Assembly: GCA_013361705.1 (NCBI GenBank)
Contig: JABFXN010000117.1
Coordinates: 3,022-67,021, forward strand
Length of the DNA stretch: 64,000 bases
From: Acidobacteriaceae bacterium
GTDB taxonomy: Bacteria; Acidobacteriota; Terriglobia; Terriglobales; Acidobacteriaceae
Direction: 5' to 3'
The position numbers and the translations under genes were made by a program. Of the stretch, positions 27,841 through 37,531 are shown one piece after another. The notes below the pieces were generated by a model, which did not search any database, was not told where the DNA came from, and saw only the letters and a list, made by a program, of their open reading frames with translations. Within the stretch, counting starts at the first letter, position 1; every line of letters starts with the position of its first letter.

Positions 27841-29019
27841 ATGAGGCAGCGCGTCGCCTACTTTCCGGACTCTTTTCATGAAGTCAATGGCGTCGCCCAT
27901 ACCAGCCGCAACTTCCAGGCCTTTGCCGAACGTCACCAGCTCCCTTTCCTCTGCGTCCGTGCCGGATCGCGAGAGACCGTTTTTGAAGAGCACGGCAGCG
28001 TGCAGACGCTGGAGCTGCGGCGCAGCTTCGCTTCCGTTCCCATGGAACGCGACCTGGCCTTCGATACCCTCTTCCTGCGCCACATGCGCATGGTGCGGCT
28101 GCGGCTGGAGGCCTTCCGGCCAGACATCATCCATATCACCGGCCCCAGCGAACAGGGCATCCTGGGCGCCATCTTCGCCTGGCGGATGGGAATTCCGCTG
28201 GCCGCAAGCTGGCACACCAACGTGCACGAGTACGCCGCCCGCCGCGCCGAATGGCTAACGCGATTCTTCTCTCCCCGCGCCAAAGAAGCGACCGAACGTA
28301 CGGTACAAGACGCAACCTTGAACGCCACGGCCCGGTTCTATCGCCTGGCCAAAGTACTCTTTGCACCGAACGATGAGCTGTGCACGCTGCTGACCAATGC
28401 CACCGGCAAGCCCTGCCACCTGATGCAGCGCGGTGTGGAGACCGCGACCTTCTCTCCCGCATATCGCACCCGTCCGATGGACGACAAGGAGTTTGTCCTC
28501 GGCTTCGTTGGCCGGCTCTCGGTTGAAAAGAACGTCGCGCTTCTGCCCGTGATTCAGCGATCCCTGGAATCACGCGGCATCACCAACTTCCGCTTCCTGG
28601 TCATCGGTCATGGCTCAGAAGACGCTCTGCTCAAAGCCGCGCTGCCCCGCGCTGAGTTTCCCGGCGTCCTGAAGGGCGCAGCGCTTGCCACCGCCTACGC
28701 CAACATGGATGTAATGGTCTTTCCATCGCATACCGACACCTTCGGTAATGTCGTGCTGGAAGCACTTGCCAGCGGAGTACCCGCTGTCGTCACACCGGAC
28801 GGCGGGCCCAAGTACATAGTGCGTAACGACGAGACCGGCTACATCGCCACCGACGAAGGCTTCCCCGATGCCATCGAACGTCTTCTCCGCGAACCCACGA
28901 CCCTGGCCCGCATGCGCCTTGCAGCACGCGAGTATGCCTTGCATTGCAGTTGGGATGCGGTATTCGAGAGGGTGTACGATGCCTACGGCAAGTTGAATGG
29001 AGCGCCTGCAGCAGGTTGA
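27841..29019 (+). CDS. Glycosyltransferase family 4 (GT-B, group 1)
   Basis: The C-terminal block FPSHTDTFGNVVLEALASGVPAVV matches the E-x7-E region of GT4 enzymes. Confidence 0.85.
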   Translation: MRQRVAYFPDSFHEVNGVAHTSRNFQAFAERHQLPFLCVRAGSRETVFEEHGSVQTLELRRSFASVPMERDLAFDTLFLRHMRMVRLRLEAFRPDIIHITGPSEQGILGAIFAWRMGIPLAASWHTNVHEYAARRAEWLTRFFSPRAKEATERTVQDATLNATARFYRLAKVLFAPNDELCTLLTNATGKPCHLMQRGVETATFSPAYRTRPMDDKEFVLGFVGRLSVEKNVALLPVIQRSLESRGITNFRFLVIGHGSEDALLKAALPRAEFPGVLKGAALATAYANMDVMVFPSHTDTFGNVVLEALASGVPAVVTPDGGPKYIVRNDETGYIATDEGFPDAIERLLREPTTLARMRLAAREYALHCSWDAVFERVYDAYGKLNGAPAAG

Positions 29020-29110
29020 ATAGTTGAATTGTTGAATAGTAGTTCTGGGCGAGCTATAAGACCTCGCCTCACCGCAGCATCACTATTCAACTATTCAACA
29101 ATTCAACTAG
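29015..29110. repeat. R3 inverted TTGAAT octamer arrays flanking a GC-rich hairpin (convergent terminator region)
   Basis: Left arm GGTTGAATAGTTGAATTGTTGAATAGTAG, core GGCGAG..CTCGCC, right arm CACTATTCAACTATTCAACAATTCAACTAG. The stops of both flanking genes (TGA 29017-29019; TAG complement 29107-29109) lie inside the arms. Confidence 0.75.
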
Positions 29111-30873
29111 TAATGGATTTCCCCGATATACACGCCGAACGGCTCCAGCTTCACGGCATCGAGGTTCATTGGTCCCATGCCGTAGTCGCTGCGCATCAGG
29201 CTGCGCAGGAATTGGCCGCGGAGACCGAGCTTCGTGATCTCGCTCTTGAGATGCAGCGTCACCGGTTTATCAGAGAAATTGCAGGCTACTATGACTGCCG
29301 GTGAGGTGGCTGTTACTCCCTGATGCTTGCGGACCCAGACGAGCGCGTTGTCTGCATCGTGGTTCAAGAGGATCTGCTGGCCTTCGCGCATGGCGCGCCG
29401 GCTGCGTCGTAGCGCAATCAACTGCTCGTACCACTTCAGCACCGACTGATCGTCCTTCTGTTCGGCCTCGACATTCACCGTCATCGACGAAGTCGGAATC
29501 GGCAGCCAGGTCTTTGCCGCTTTGCTGAAGCCGGCCTCTGCTCCGCCGTCCCATTGCATCGGCGTCCGCTCGCCATCGCGGCCTTTCTCTTTTGGCCAGC
29601 CGAGAACGCCGATCGGATCTTTTACATCCTCTTTGCGTTCCGGTGTCGCCGTGGCCATGCCCAGCTCCTGCCCGTAATACAGCAGCGACGCTGAGCGCGA
29701 CGTTAGCAGAATCGTCGCCAGCACACGCGCTATCTCTTTGTTGTGCTGACCGTCGCCATAGCGATCCCAACTGCGTGGATTGTCATGATTATCGAAGACC
29801 AGCAGAGGCGGGTTGCCGTGGAGCTGTGTCTGTGCCGTCTCCAGCTTCTCGCGGAAGGCTGCTGCATCCAGCTTGTTAGTGAAGCCCACACCTGTATCCA
29901 TGGGCAGGTGCAGCTCATCGTTCTTTGCGCCATACCAACTGGCGAGTTCGGCGGCACTCTTCGTGTAGATCTCACCGACCAGAAGACGCTGCCCCGGTGC
30001 ATTGTTGATCACGGCGCGCAACTCCCGCAGGATGCCGTGTATCTCCGGCAACCCCATCTGCGGCGAGTGGTCGACGTTGGGGTCTCCGAAGGCATTCTTG
30101 CCCGGAGACTCCTTCGCATCGGCCAGCGACGGATCTTCGAGCAAGGTATCGATGGCATCGAGCCGGAAGCCGGCGACACCACGGTTAAGCCAGAAGCGCG
30201 CCACGTCGAACATCGCCTGCCTCACTGCCGCGTTACGCCAGTTCAGGTCAGGCTGTTGCGGATAGAAGCAGTGGTAATAGAACTGCCCGGTCTTCTCGTC
30301 GTACTGCCAGGCTGAGTGGCCGAAGAGACTTTGCCAGTTGTTCGGCGGTGCGGGCTTGCCGTCAGCCCCCGCGCCTTTACCGTCGCGCCATACGTACCAG
30401 TCGCGTTTGGGATTGGCCTTGCTCGATGCCGATTCCACAAACCACGCGTGCTTATCGGAGGTGTGGTTAAGCACCAGGTCCATCAGCACGCGGATGTTGC
30501 GGCGGCTCGCCTCTTGCACCAGGTTGTCGAAGTCCTCCATCGTGCCGTACTGCGGATCAATGGCCGTGTAGTCAGATATGTCATAGCCGAAGTCCACTTG
30601 GGGCGAGGGATAGATGGGCGTAAGCCAGATGGCGTCGACGCCGAGTGACTGCAGATAATCCAGCCGCTGCGTAATCCCCTTCAGATCACCAATGCCGTCG
30701 CCGTTCGAATCCTGGAAGCTGCGTGGATAGATCTCATAGATGACAGCGTGCTGCCACCATGGATCGGACGACATACCCGAGCCCGCCCATCCCGGACGGG
30801 ACAACATCTGCGCGCTCAAGCTCAGGGAAGACGCCAGCGCAGCCACTGCCAACATACGGCGAAGGAGGACCAT
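29107..30873 (-). CDS. Secreted GH13 alpha-glucosidase / alpha-amylase-family hydrolase
   Basis: Signal peptide, then DLVLNHTS, GFRLDAI, EIY.. and FDNHDNPR, the four conserved GH13 regions of the oligo-1,6-glucosidase type. Confidence 0.9.
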   Translation of the reverse strand: MVLLRRMLAVAALASSLSLSAQMLSRPGWAGSGMSSDPWWQHAVIYEIYPRSFQDSNGDGIGDLKGITQRLDYLQSLGVDAIWLTPIYPSPQVDFGYDISDYTAIDPQYGTMEDFDNLVQEASRRNIRVLMDLVLNHTSDKHAWFVESASSKANPKRDWYVWRDGKGAGADGKPAPPNNWQSLFGHSAWQYDEKTGQFYYHCFYPQQPDLNWRNAAVRQAMFDVARFWLNRGVAGFRLDAIDTLLEDPSLADAKESPGKNAFGDPNVDHSPQMGLPEIHGILRELRAVINNAPGQRLLVGEIYTKSAAELASWYGAKNDELHLPMDTGVGFTNKLDAAAFREKLETAQTQLHGNPPLLVFDNHDNPRSWDRYGDGQHNKEIARVLATILLTSRSASLLYYGQELGMATATPERKEDVKDPIGVLGWPKEKGRDGERTPMQWDGGAEAGFSKAAKTWLPIPTSSMTVNVEAEQKDDQSVLKWYEQLIALRRSRRAMREGQQILLNHDADNALVWVRKHQGVTATSPAVIVACNFSDKPVTLHLKSEITKLGLRGQFLRSLMRSDYGMGPMNLDAVKLEPFGVYIGEIHY

Positions 30874-30932
30874 AGCTATTCAACCTTACTTTTGTTGGAC
30901 GCAATCTGCACGCGTCGCGTGATTATGGGAAA

Positions 30933-32255
30933 TCAATTCGATACCTTAGCGTACCCAGCAGCCACCCGCTGCCGCAGATCGGTAAGCTGCAGGTGAATGC
31001 GGTCGATATCCTTTTGCGGCACATGGTTCTCGCCGGCAGGAGCATCGGCATAGAAATGCACCAGATGTTCCAGAACGTCCGGGGGCACGGGCTCGGCATT
31101 CGGTTTCAGATATTCGTGCAACAGTCGCTCATGGGTCTGATCGGATAGACGATATTGCCCGAACCGGATCAGATCGCCGGTGTCGAGATTCGCGCCGCCC
31201 AACGCCAGTGCAGCCGTAGAGATCTCTGCCGTATCGGCCTTTCCATTGCTGGATGCAAGTTGCTTCAGATACTCGTCATAACGATCGACGGTCTGATTCA
31301 CGCTTTTGATATAGCCGTCCTGCTGCGCCGCATTGGGAATCTTTGGCTTCAACACCTTCAGAGGACCGATCTTCGGCAGCAGCTTCACCAGAAAAGCCAG
31401 AAAACGAGTTCCAAAGCTCGGTTTCGAGTAATTGCTCCCCCACGACTTTTCAAACTCCGTGCGCCGAAGCCGATAGACGAACTTGCGTTTGTTGAAGCCG
31501 GGATTCTCTTTCTCAATCTGCTTCGCATAGGCGGTCACGGCGACGGCCGTCATCTTTGGGATCAGCTCGGAGACCGCACTGCGATAGGTGGTGATGGCGT
31601 GGTCTTCATCGTGCAGTAGATCCTTGAGCTTCATGCCATAGGTCTCTTCAAAGGCGCGATCGAGCAGTGGCTTCGCAACCTGAAAGCCGATGAAGTCGCG
31701 GTAGTTTTCCTGGGAGTAACGACCATGCGCAACCTCTACGACGTCGAAACCAAACTCCGTGCGAACATGCGCGACCTTGGCCTGTTCGTAAGTCACAACA
31801 TCTCCGTACTTCTTCTTCAGCTTTGGATTTTCTTCCGCGGTCAGCCGGTTGATGTAAGGATGGCCCATAGCATCGGCCGTATAGTGCGCCAGCGCTCCGA
31901 GAGCAAAAGCCAGCTCATCAGCGTTACCGGCATCGTGCAACAAGGCTTCGACAAAAGCTCCTGTCCGAACGTAGTGCAGCATATCCGAATAGAACTTGTT
32001 CCCAAATGGGTAATAGCCAAGATCCTGGATTAAACAGCCTCCGTAGGCATAGGAGTGTGCTTCCCGCAGTTGATCGGCTGTCAGCCCGGGGTAGCGGGCC
32101 TGCAGCAGGGGGACCAGATAGGGTGTCCATGCCATGTCGATCACTTCCTCATGCGACAACACACTGTAAGCATTTGCCGTAGTTGCGCCCAGGAACGGCA
32201 GCAACAACGACAGGCACGCAACACGGGTAAATCCCTGGAAGGATCGAAGAGCCAT
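30933..32255 (-). CDS. Secreted zinc-dependent phospholipase C-family protein (tentative)
   Basis: Signal peptide plus His-rich blocks (SHEEVIDMAW, HYTADAMGHPYINR). The family assignment is from memory only. Confidence 0.5.
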   Translation of the reverse strand: MALRSFQGFTRVACLSLLLPFLGATTANAYSVLSHEEVIDMAWTPYLVPLLQARYPGLTADQLREAHSYAYGGCLIQDLGYYPFGNKFYSDMLHYVRTGAFVEALLHDAGNADELAFALGALAHYTADAMGHPYINRLTAEENPKLKKKYGDVVTYEQAKVAHVRTEFGFDVVEVAHGRYSQENYRDFIGFQVAKPLLDRAFEETYGMKLKDLLHDEDHAITTYRSAVSELIPKMTAVAVTAYAKQIEKENPGFNKRKFVYRLRRTEFEKSWGSNYSKPSFGTRFLAFLVKLLPKIGPLKVLKPKIPNAAQQDGYIKSVNQTVDRYDEYLKQLASSNGKADTAEISTAALALGGANLDTGDLIRFGQYRLSDQTHERLLHEYLKPNAEPVPPDVLEHLVHFYADAPAGENHVPQKDIDRIHLQLTDLRQRVAAGYAKVSN

Positions 32256-32351
32256 GACGTTTCATGACATAAGATGCAGATTCTGAAAAAGAAAGCATCG
32301 CAGGCAACACCGGCCTGATGAGCTTGTGTCTGATGACACTGGAGGTGAACT

Positions 32352-33233
32352 ATGTCTTCCAGGATTCTCCCGGCCCTTTTCCTCGTTTCGGCAGTTGCTG
32401 TCGCACAACAGACCGCGCCGAATAGCGTAGGAAGCCAAGGCACCAGCACCCAGGTGCAACAGGGCACACAGACCCAGGTGCAGGGTGCACAGAGCGGCAA
32501 CAATACTACGGCCCAGGCCGTTCAGGCCACGAACCTTGATGCGGAACTGAAGTCGAGCCTCGATTCCAAGAAAGCGAAGCAGGGCGACCAGGTGACGGCT
32601 GTCACCAAATCGGCCGCCGTCTTGAACAACGGCACCACCCTCCCCAAGGGTACGACCTTGATCGGCCATGTTACTGATGCCGCCGCCTACACCAAGCAGG
32701 CGGGTACAGGTTCTGTGACATTCCTCTTCGATCAGGCCAAAACCAAAGAAGGCAACACGATCCCCATCTATGCCGTCGTGCGCGATCTGAAACCATCCCT
32801 GATGTCTCAGTACCAGATGAGCCAGACCGGCGGCAATGCTGATCCCGGCATGGCAGCGCCTGCACCGGCGCCTGATCCTTCGGGTGGCGGTGGAGCTGCG
32901 CCCTCGGCAGGCGGTGTGGTCGGCAATACCGTGGGCGGAGTGCGCGGGGCCACAACGGACACCGTGAATCGCACCGGCCAGACAGTAGGCGGCGCAACGA
33001 ATACAGTCGGCGGCGCGGCTAATAGAGCCGGAGAGACCGTGGGCTCAACGGCCGGTCAGGTCTCCGGCGCTGGCACAGTTGGAGCAAACGGAGCCGTTCA
33101 GACAGCGATCCCGGGCGTGATGCTCTCTGGCTCTGCCGATACCTCCAACTCCGGCACTGTGGCCGCCAGCGGACAGAACGTGCACGTCGACAGCGGCTCG
33201 CAGATGACGCTCGCGGTCGCCGCGCGGCAGTAA
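32352..33233 (+). CDS. Secreted Gly/Thr/Ala-rich low-complexity protein
   Basis: Signal peptide MSSRILPALFLVSAVAVAQQ. The C-terminal half contains reiterated G-x-TVGG / NTVGG units. Confidence 0.6.
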   Translation: MSSRILPALFLVSAVAVAQQTAPNSVGSQGTSTQVQQGTQTQVQGAQSGNNTTAQAVQATNLDAELKSSLDSKKAKQGDQVTAVTKSAAVLNNGTTLPKGTTLIGHVTDAAAYTKQAGTGSVTFLFDQAKTKEGNTIPIYAVVRDLKPSLMSQYQMSQTGGNADPGMAAPAPAPDPSGGGGAAPSAGGVVGNTVGGVRGATTDTVNRTGQTVGGATNTVGGAANRAGETVGSTAGQVSGAGTVGANGAVQTAIPGVMLSGSADTSNSGTVAASGQNVHVDSGSQMTLAVAARQ

Positions 33234-33324
33234 ATTCCTGAAACTGCGGTGGGAGTGAGCCGGCCGCGGCATTTGCAGTTTGACTGCGATGCCGCGGCCT
33301 CTATACTCAAACCACAGTTTCCAG

Positions 33325-34788
33325 ATGGGTACACTTCAGACCAGCCAGTTCAAGATGACGGCGCTCCAGAACTACCTCCTGGATAACGCCTACGACGAGA
33401 TGTTCGCCTCGCCCGAGGCGCTGCACCCTCATTACCAGTTATTGCTGAATCACTTTACTTCTCTCCCGCACGCCGAGCTGCAGCGCCGCAAACAGGCTGC
33501 CGATCTTTCCTTTCTGAACCAGGGCATCACCTTCACGGTCTACGGCCGTGAGGAAGGCACCGAGCGCATCTTCCCCTATGACCTTCTGCCCCGCGTGATC
33601 ACCGCGCAGGAATGGGCGACGGTGGAACGCGGCCTGACGCAGCGCATTACCGCGCTGAATCTCTTCCTGCGCGACATCTACCACGAGGGACGCATTCTGG
33701 CCGATGGGATTGTGCCGCGCGAGGTCGTCTACTCCTGCAAGCAGTTCCGCCGCCAGATGGTGGGCTTGCAGGTGCCGCGCAATATCTATATCGCGGTCAC
33801 CGGCACCGACCTCATCCGTCTGGAGAATGGGGAGTTCGTCGTTCTGGAAGACAATCTCCGCGTCCCCTCGGGCGTGAGCTATATGCTCACCAACCGGCGC
33901 GTGATGAAGCGTATCTTCCCGCAGCTCTTCCGCAGCTATAACGTACGCCCGATCGAGCAGTACACGCAGTTGCTGCTGGGCACACTGCGTTCACTGGCGC
34001 CTGAAGGCCGTCCTGAGCCAAATATCGTTCTGCTGACGCCAGGCGTCTTCAACTCCGCCTACTACGAGCACGCATACCTCGCGCGCCAGATGGGCATTGA
34101 ACTTGTGGAAGGCCGCGACCTCGTCACCCACGACAACGTCGTCTATATGCGGACAACCTCTGGTCTGCGCCGTGTCGATGTGATCTACCGCCGCGTGGAT
34201 GATGACTTCATCGATCCGCTGGCCTTTCGGGGTGACTCCATCCTCGGTGTCGCCGGCCTGTTCAATGCCTATCGCGCAGGCAACGTAACCCTCGCAAATG
34301 CCTTCGGCACCGGCGTGGCTGACGATAAGGCGCTCTATGCCTACGTCCCCGACATCATCAAGTACTACCTGAGCGAAGAACCAGTGCTGAAGAATGTGGA
34401 GACCTTTCTCTGCGCCCGCGAGAAGGACCGCAAACATGTGCTCGCCAACCTGGACAAGTTTGTCGTCAAGGCGGTTGGCGAAAGCGGAGGCTACGGCATG
34501 CTGGTGGGGCCGCAATCCACCGCGGCGCAGCGCGAGGAGTTCGCACGGCGCATCGAGGCCGACCCACGGAATTACATCGGCCAACCGACGATCAGCTTCT
34601 CCCGCGCTCCATGTATGTTCGACGATCAGCTCGAGCCGCGCCACGTGGATCTGCGCCCGTATGTGCTCTACGGCGATAAGGTCAGCATCGTCCCCGGCGG
34701 CCTGACACGTGTGGCGTTGCGTAAAGGATCGCTCGTCGTCAACTCGTCGCAGGGCGGCGGCAGCAAAGACACCTGGGTGTTGAGCTAA
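33325..34788 (+). CDS. Circularly permuted type-2 ATP-grasp protein (COG2308 family)
   Basis: About 490 aa with blocks typical of this family ([42 protein letters not shown]). The start is uncertain (33280, 33325 or 33355). Confidence 0.85.
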   Translation: MGTLQTSQFKMTALQNYLLDNAYDEMFASPEALHPHYQLLLNHFTSLPHAELQRRKQAADLSFLNQGITFTVYGREEGTERIFPYDLLPRVITAQEWATVERGLTQRITALNLFLRDIYHEGRILADGIVPREVVYSCKQFRRQMVGLQVPRNIYIAVTGTDLIRLENGEFVVLEDNLRVPSGVSYMLTNRRVMKRIFPQLFRSYNVRPIEQYTQLLLGTLRSLAPEGRPEPNIVLLTPGVFNSAYYEHAYLARQMGIELVEGRDLVTHDNVVYMRTTSGLRRVDVIYRRVDDDFIDPLAFRGDSILGVAGLFNAYRAGNVTLANAFGTGVADDKALYAYVPDIIKYYLSEEPVLKNVETFLCAREKDRKHVLANLDKFVVKAVGESGGYGMLVGPQSTAAQREEFARRIEADPRNYIGQPTISFSRAPCMFDDQLEPRHVDLRPYVLYGDKVSIVPGGLTRVALRKGSLVVNSSQGGGSKDTWVLS

Positions 34789-34797
34789 GGAGAGATT

Positions 34798-35787
34798 ATG
34801 CTATCCCGCGTTGCAGACAGTCTCTACTGGATGAGCCGTTATCTCGAGCGCGCTGAGCACACCACACGTCTGCTCGATGTGAATCTCAATCTCATGCTCG
34901 ATGAGTCTTCTTCAGGCGCCGATCATCGCTGGCAGCGCATGGTGGCGGCTCTCGGCCGCCCGGCGGGAGAGGCATGGGACGACGACGATCCATACAAGCT
35001 TTCGCACTCCCTTACCTTCGATATAACCAATCGCATCTCAGTACTTTCCTGCATCATCGCGGCGCGAGAGAATGCGCGCCATGTCCGCGAGCAGATCTCC
35101 ACCGAGATGTGGCACCGGCTCAACTCTCTCTATCTCGCCGTCACGCGGCCTGAGATGCACAGCGATATGCATGCCGAAGCCCTGCTGAACGGAGCCCAGG
35201 AACCGGGCGAGTTTCTGCAGTCCGTAATGGAAGCCGTCCATCAGTTCCAGGGCGTGACCGACTCCACCATGTCACATGGCGAGGGATGGCATTTCATCCA
35301 GGTAGGCCGCTACATCGAACGCGCTTCCGCCACCGCCATGCTGTTGGAGGCGTATCACCATGATCTGTGGAAGCATCCGGAACGCATTCCCGAAGGCAAC
35401 GAATACCTCGAGTACATGGGGCTGCTGCGCAGCGCCACGGCCTTTGAGGCGTATTGCAAGGTCTACACTGCCGATCTCACACCCGAACGCATTCTTGAGT
35501 TTCTGCTGCTCGATGAGAACTTCCCGCATTCCCTGCGCTTCTCGATCGAGAGCCTGGTCAGCGCACTGGATGCGATTCAGCGAGAGAGCGGCAAGTCACG
35601 CACTGAAAACCTCACGCGGCTTGCGGGCCGCCTGCAGGCAGGCCTGCGCTACTCCAGCGTCGAAGAGATTCTGCGAGGAGATGTCGTAGGTTACCTGCAG
35701 GACATTCTGCGGGAATGCCGCGACATCCATTCCGCAATCTACGAGCTGTACATCGATTACTCGATTCAAACCGCCCTGGCCGGCTAG
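34798..35787 (+). CDS. Alpha-E domain protein (COG2307)
   Basis: MLSRVADSLYWMSRYLERAEHTTRLLDV is the hallmark N-terminus of this family. It starts 10 nt after the ATP-grasp gene. Confidence 0.85.
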   Translation: MLSRVADSLYWMSRYLERAEHTTRLLDVNLNLMLDESSSGADHRWQRMVAALGRPAGEAWDDDDPYKLSHSLTFDITNRISVLSCIIAARENARHVREQISTEMWHRLNSLYLAVTRPEMHSDMHAEALLNGAQEPGEFLQSVMEAVHQFQGVTDSTMSHGEGWHFIQVGRYIERASATAMLLEAYHHDLWKHPERIPEGNEYLEYMGLLRSATAFEAYCKVYTADLTPERILEFLLLDENFPHSLRFSIESLVSALDAIQRESGKSRTENLTRLAGRLQAGLRYSSVEEILRGDVVGYLQDILRECRDIHSAIYELYIDYSIQTALAG

Positions 35788-35806
35788 CACGGAAGAAGGA
35801 AACGCG

Positions 35807-36793
35807 ATGTACTATTCAGTCCGCCATCTGACGAAGTTCCTCTACAGCGACCCAGTAAGCGAGTCCATCATGGAGACGCGGATGCATCCGCGTTCAGACT
35901 CTAACCAGCGCTGCCTTAACTTCCAGCTCTCGGTCACGCCACGCTGCCGCGTCTTCAGCTACCGCGATCATCTGTCCAACAACATCCATCATTTCGATAT
36001 TCCCGGGCAGCACACGCAGCTTGTGATTGTCGCTGAGTCTCTAGTGGAGATCGCCCCGATACCGCAGGTGCCTGCATTTCTCGCGCCGGATGCATGGAAG
36101 GAGCTCGATTATCTGATCGAGCAAGGCGACTACTGGGAGATGCTCTTCCCCAGCGAATTTGCGATGCCGACACCGGCTCTGGACGAGCTTGCCGAAAACC
36201 TGGAAGTGACCCGCCGCGACGATCCGTTGCAAGTGCTGCATGAGCTGAATGAGCGGCTCTATAAGTACTTCGACTACAAGCCCAAGTCCACCAAGGTGGA
36301 TTCGCCGATCGACGTCGCCATCAACCATCGCATGGGTGTATGCCAGGACTTCGCGCACATCATGATCGCGCTGGTGCGTTCGAAGCTGCGAATTCCCTGC
36401 CGCTACGTCTCCGGCTATCTCTGTCCCGGCAACGAAGATCATGACCGCTCGATCGCGTCGGCCACGCACGCGTGGATCGAAGCCCTGGTGCCGCAGCTCG
36501 GATGGGTGGGTTTCGATCCCACCAACTGGCTCATCGCCGGTGATCGTCATATCCGCACAGCTATCGGACGTGACTATGCTGATGTGCCGCCGACGCATGG
36601 AATCTTCCGCGGCCTTGCCAACTCAGAGCTGACCGTCGCTGTCCGCGTGACGCAGAGCGAAGGTACACCGTTGCTCGATCAGGAGCTACCGGTGCCGGAA
36701 GATTGGTCGATCCTGGTGGAGAGAGCTCAACAGCCGCCATCGCCGCCGCTGGTGAACCTCACACAGCTTCAACAGGCACAGCAACAACAATAG
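35807..36793 (+). CDS. Transglutaminase-like cysteine peptidase family protein (COG1305)
   Basis: GVCQDFAH catalytic Cys block, HAWIE His block and GFDPTN Asp block. An N-terminal bacterial transglutaminase-like region is present. Confidence 0.85.
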   Translation: MYYSVRHLTKFLYSDPVSESIMETRMHPRSDSNQRCLNFQLSVTPRCRVFSYRDHLSNNIHHFDIPGQHTQLVIVAESLVEIAPIPQVPAFLAPDAWKELDYLIEQGDYWEMLFPSEFAMPTPALDELAENLEVTRRDDPLQVLHELNERLYKYFDYKPKSTKVDSPIDVAINHRMGVCQDFAHIMIALVRSKLRIPCRYVSGYLCPGNEDHDRSIASATHAWIEALVPQLGWVGFDPTNWLIAGDRHIRTAIGRDYADVPPTHGIFRGLANSELTVAVRVTQSEGTPLLDQELPVPEDWSILVERAQQPPSPPLVNLTQLQQAQQQQ

Positions 36794-36804
36794 GCGGCTG
36801 CGAA

Positions 36805-37404
36805 TTACTTTGCAGGCTCAGGGATAGTGAAATCGTAGATAAGGTCGCCGACAAAAATTGCGTCCTTCGGCATCAACGCGATGCCGTATTCTCCCGGCTT
36901 CACTGGTGTTTGCGGCACAAGTTTGAGGAACTTGCCGTCCTCAACGTCTTCTTTGGTGACCGCAATCTGCGTGATGTTGCGCTTGTGCTGCCCACCAAAC
37001 ACGTTGTTGGAATACCTCGCCACGACACGAGTCTCTTTGTCCGGGTCCAGCGCAAGGAGCGCCACGCGGTTTCTGACTACCTCCGGGTCATCTGATCCGA
37101 TTCGGATATAGATTGCCTGGAAATTTCCTTTGAGCTGAGCAGGTGACGTCTTGCCATCCAACTCCAGGGAGCGATGTTGGTTGGCGTAGACCATGGCACG
37201 CGCAAAGTTACCACCGGCCTGCGTGTTGAACTTTGGCTCAGAAGCGTGAATCACGGTAGGCGTCGAATCTGATCCGACGGAGGCAACAACTATCACAGTG
37301 CCCGTTGCCGGCAATGTAGGATGAGCTGGCGTTTGAGCGGTAAGAAGACCGGCGAAAGGCACAACGAGGCAGAGGATACGCAGAAAGTTTCTCAATTGAG
37401 GCAT
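36805..37404 (-). CDS. Secreted hypothetical protein (199 aa)
   Basis: Signal peptide MPQLRNFLRILCLVVPFAGLLTAQ and a beta-rich body. No recognised domain. Confidence 0.55.
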   Translation of the reverse strand: MPQLRNFLRILCLVVPFAGLLTAQTPAHPTLPATGTVIVVASVGSDSTPTVIHASEPKFNTQAGGNFARAMVYANQHRSLELDGKTSPAQLKGNFQAIYIRIGSDDPEVVRNRVALLALDPDKETRVVARYSNNVFGGQHKRNITQIAVTKEDVEDGKFLKLVPQTPVKPGEYGIALMPKDAIFVGDLIYDFTIPEPAK

Positions 37405-37531
37405 GGCCGCAGCTTAACATCCCTTCATAAAAGGCAATAGCAAAATCCGATCCCGCTTGTGTGTGTTCCGGCTCATCACAATCAATTAAGGCTCCGCCGT
37501 CGCTGTCATCCCATGCGAAGATACCCGTACG

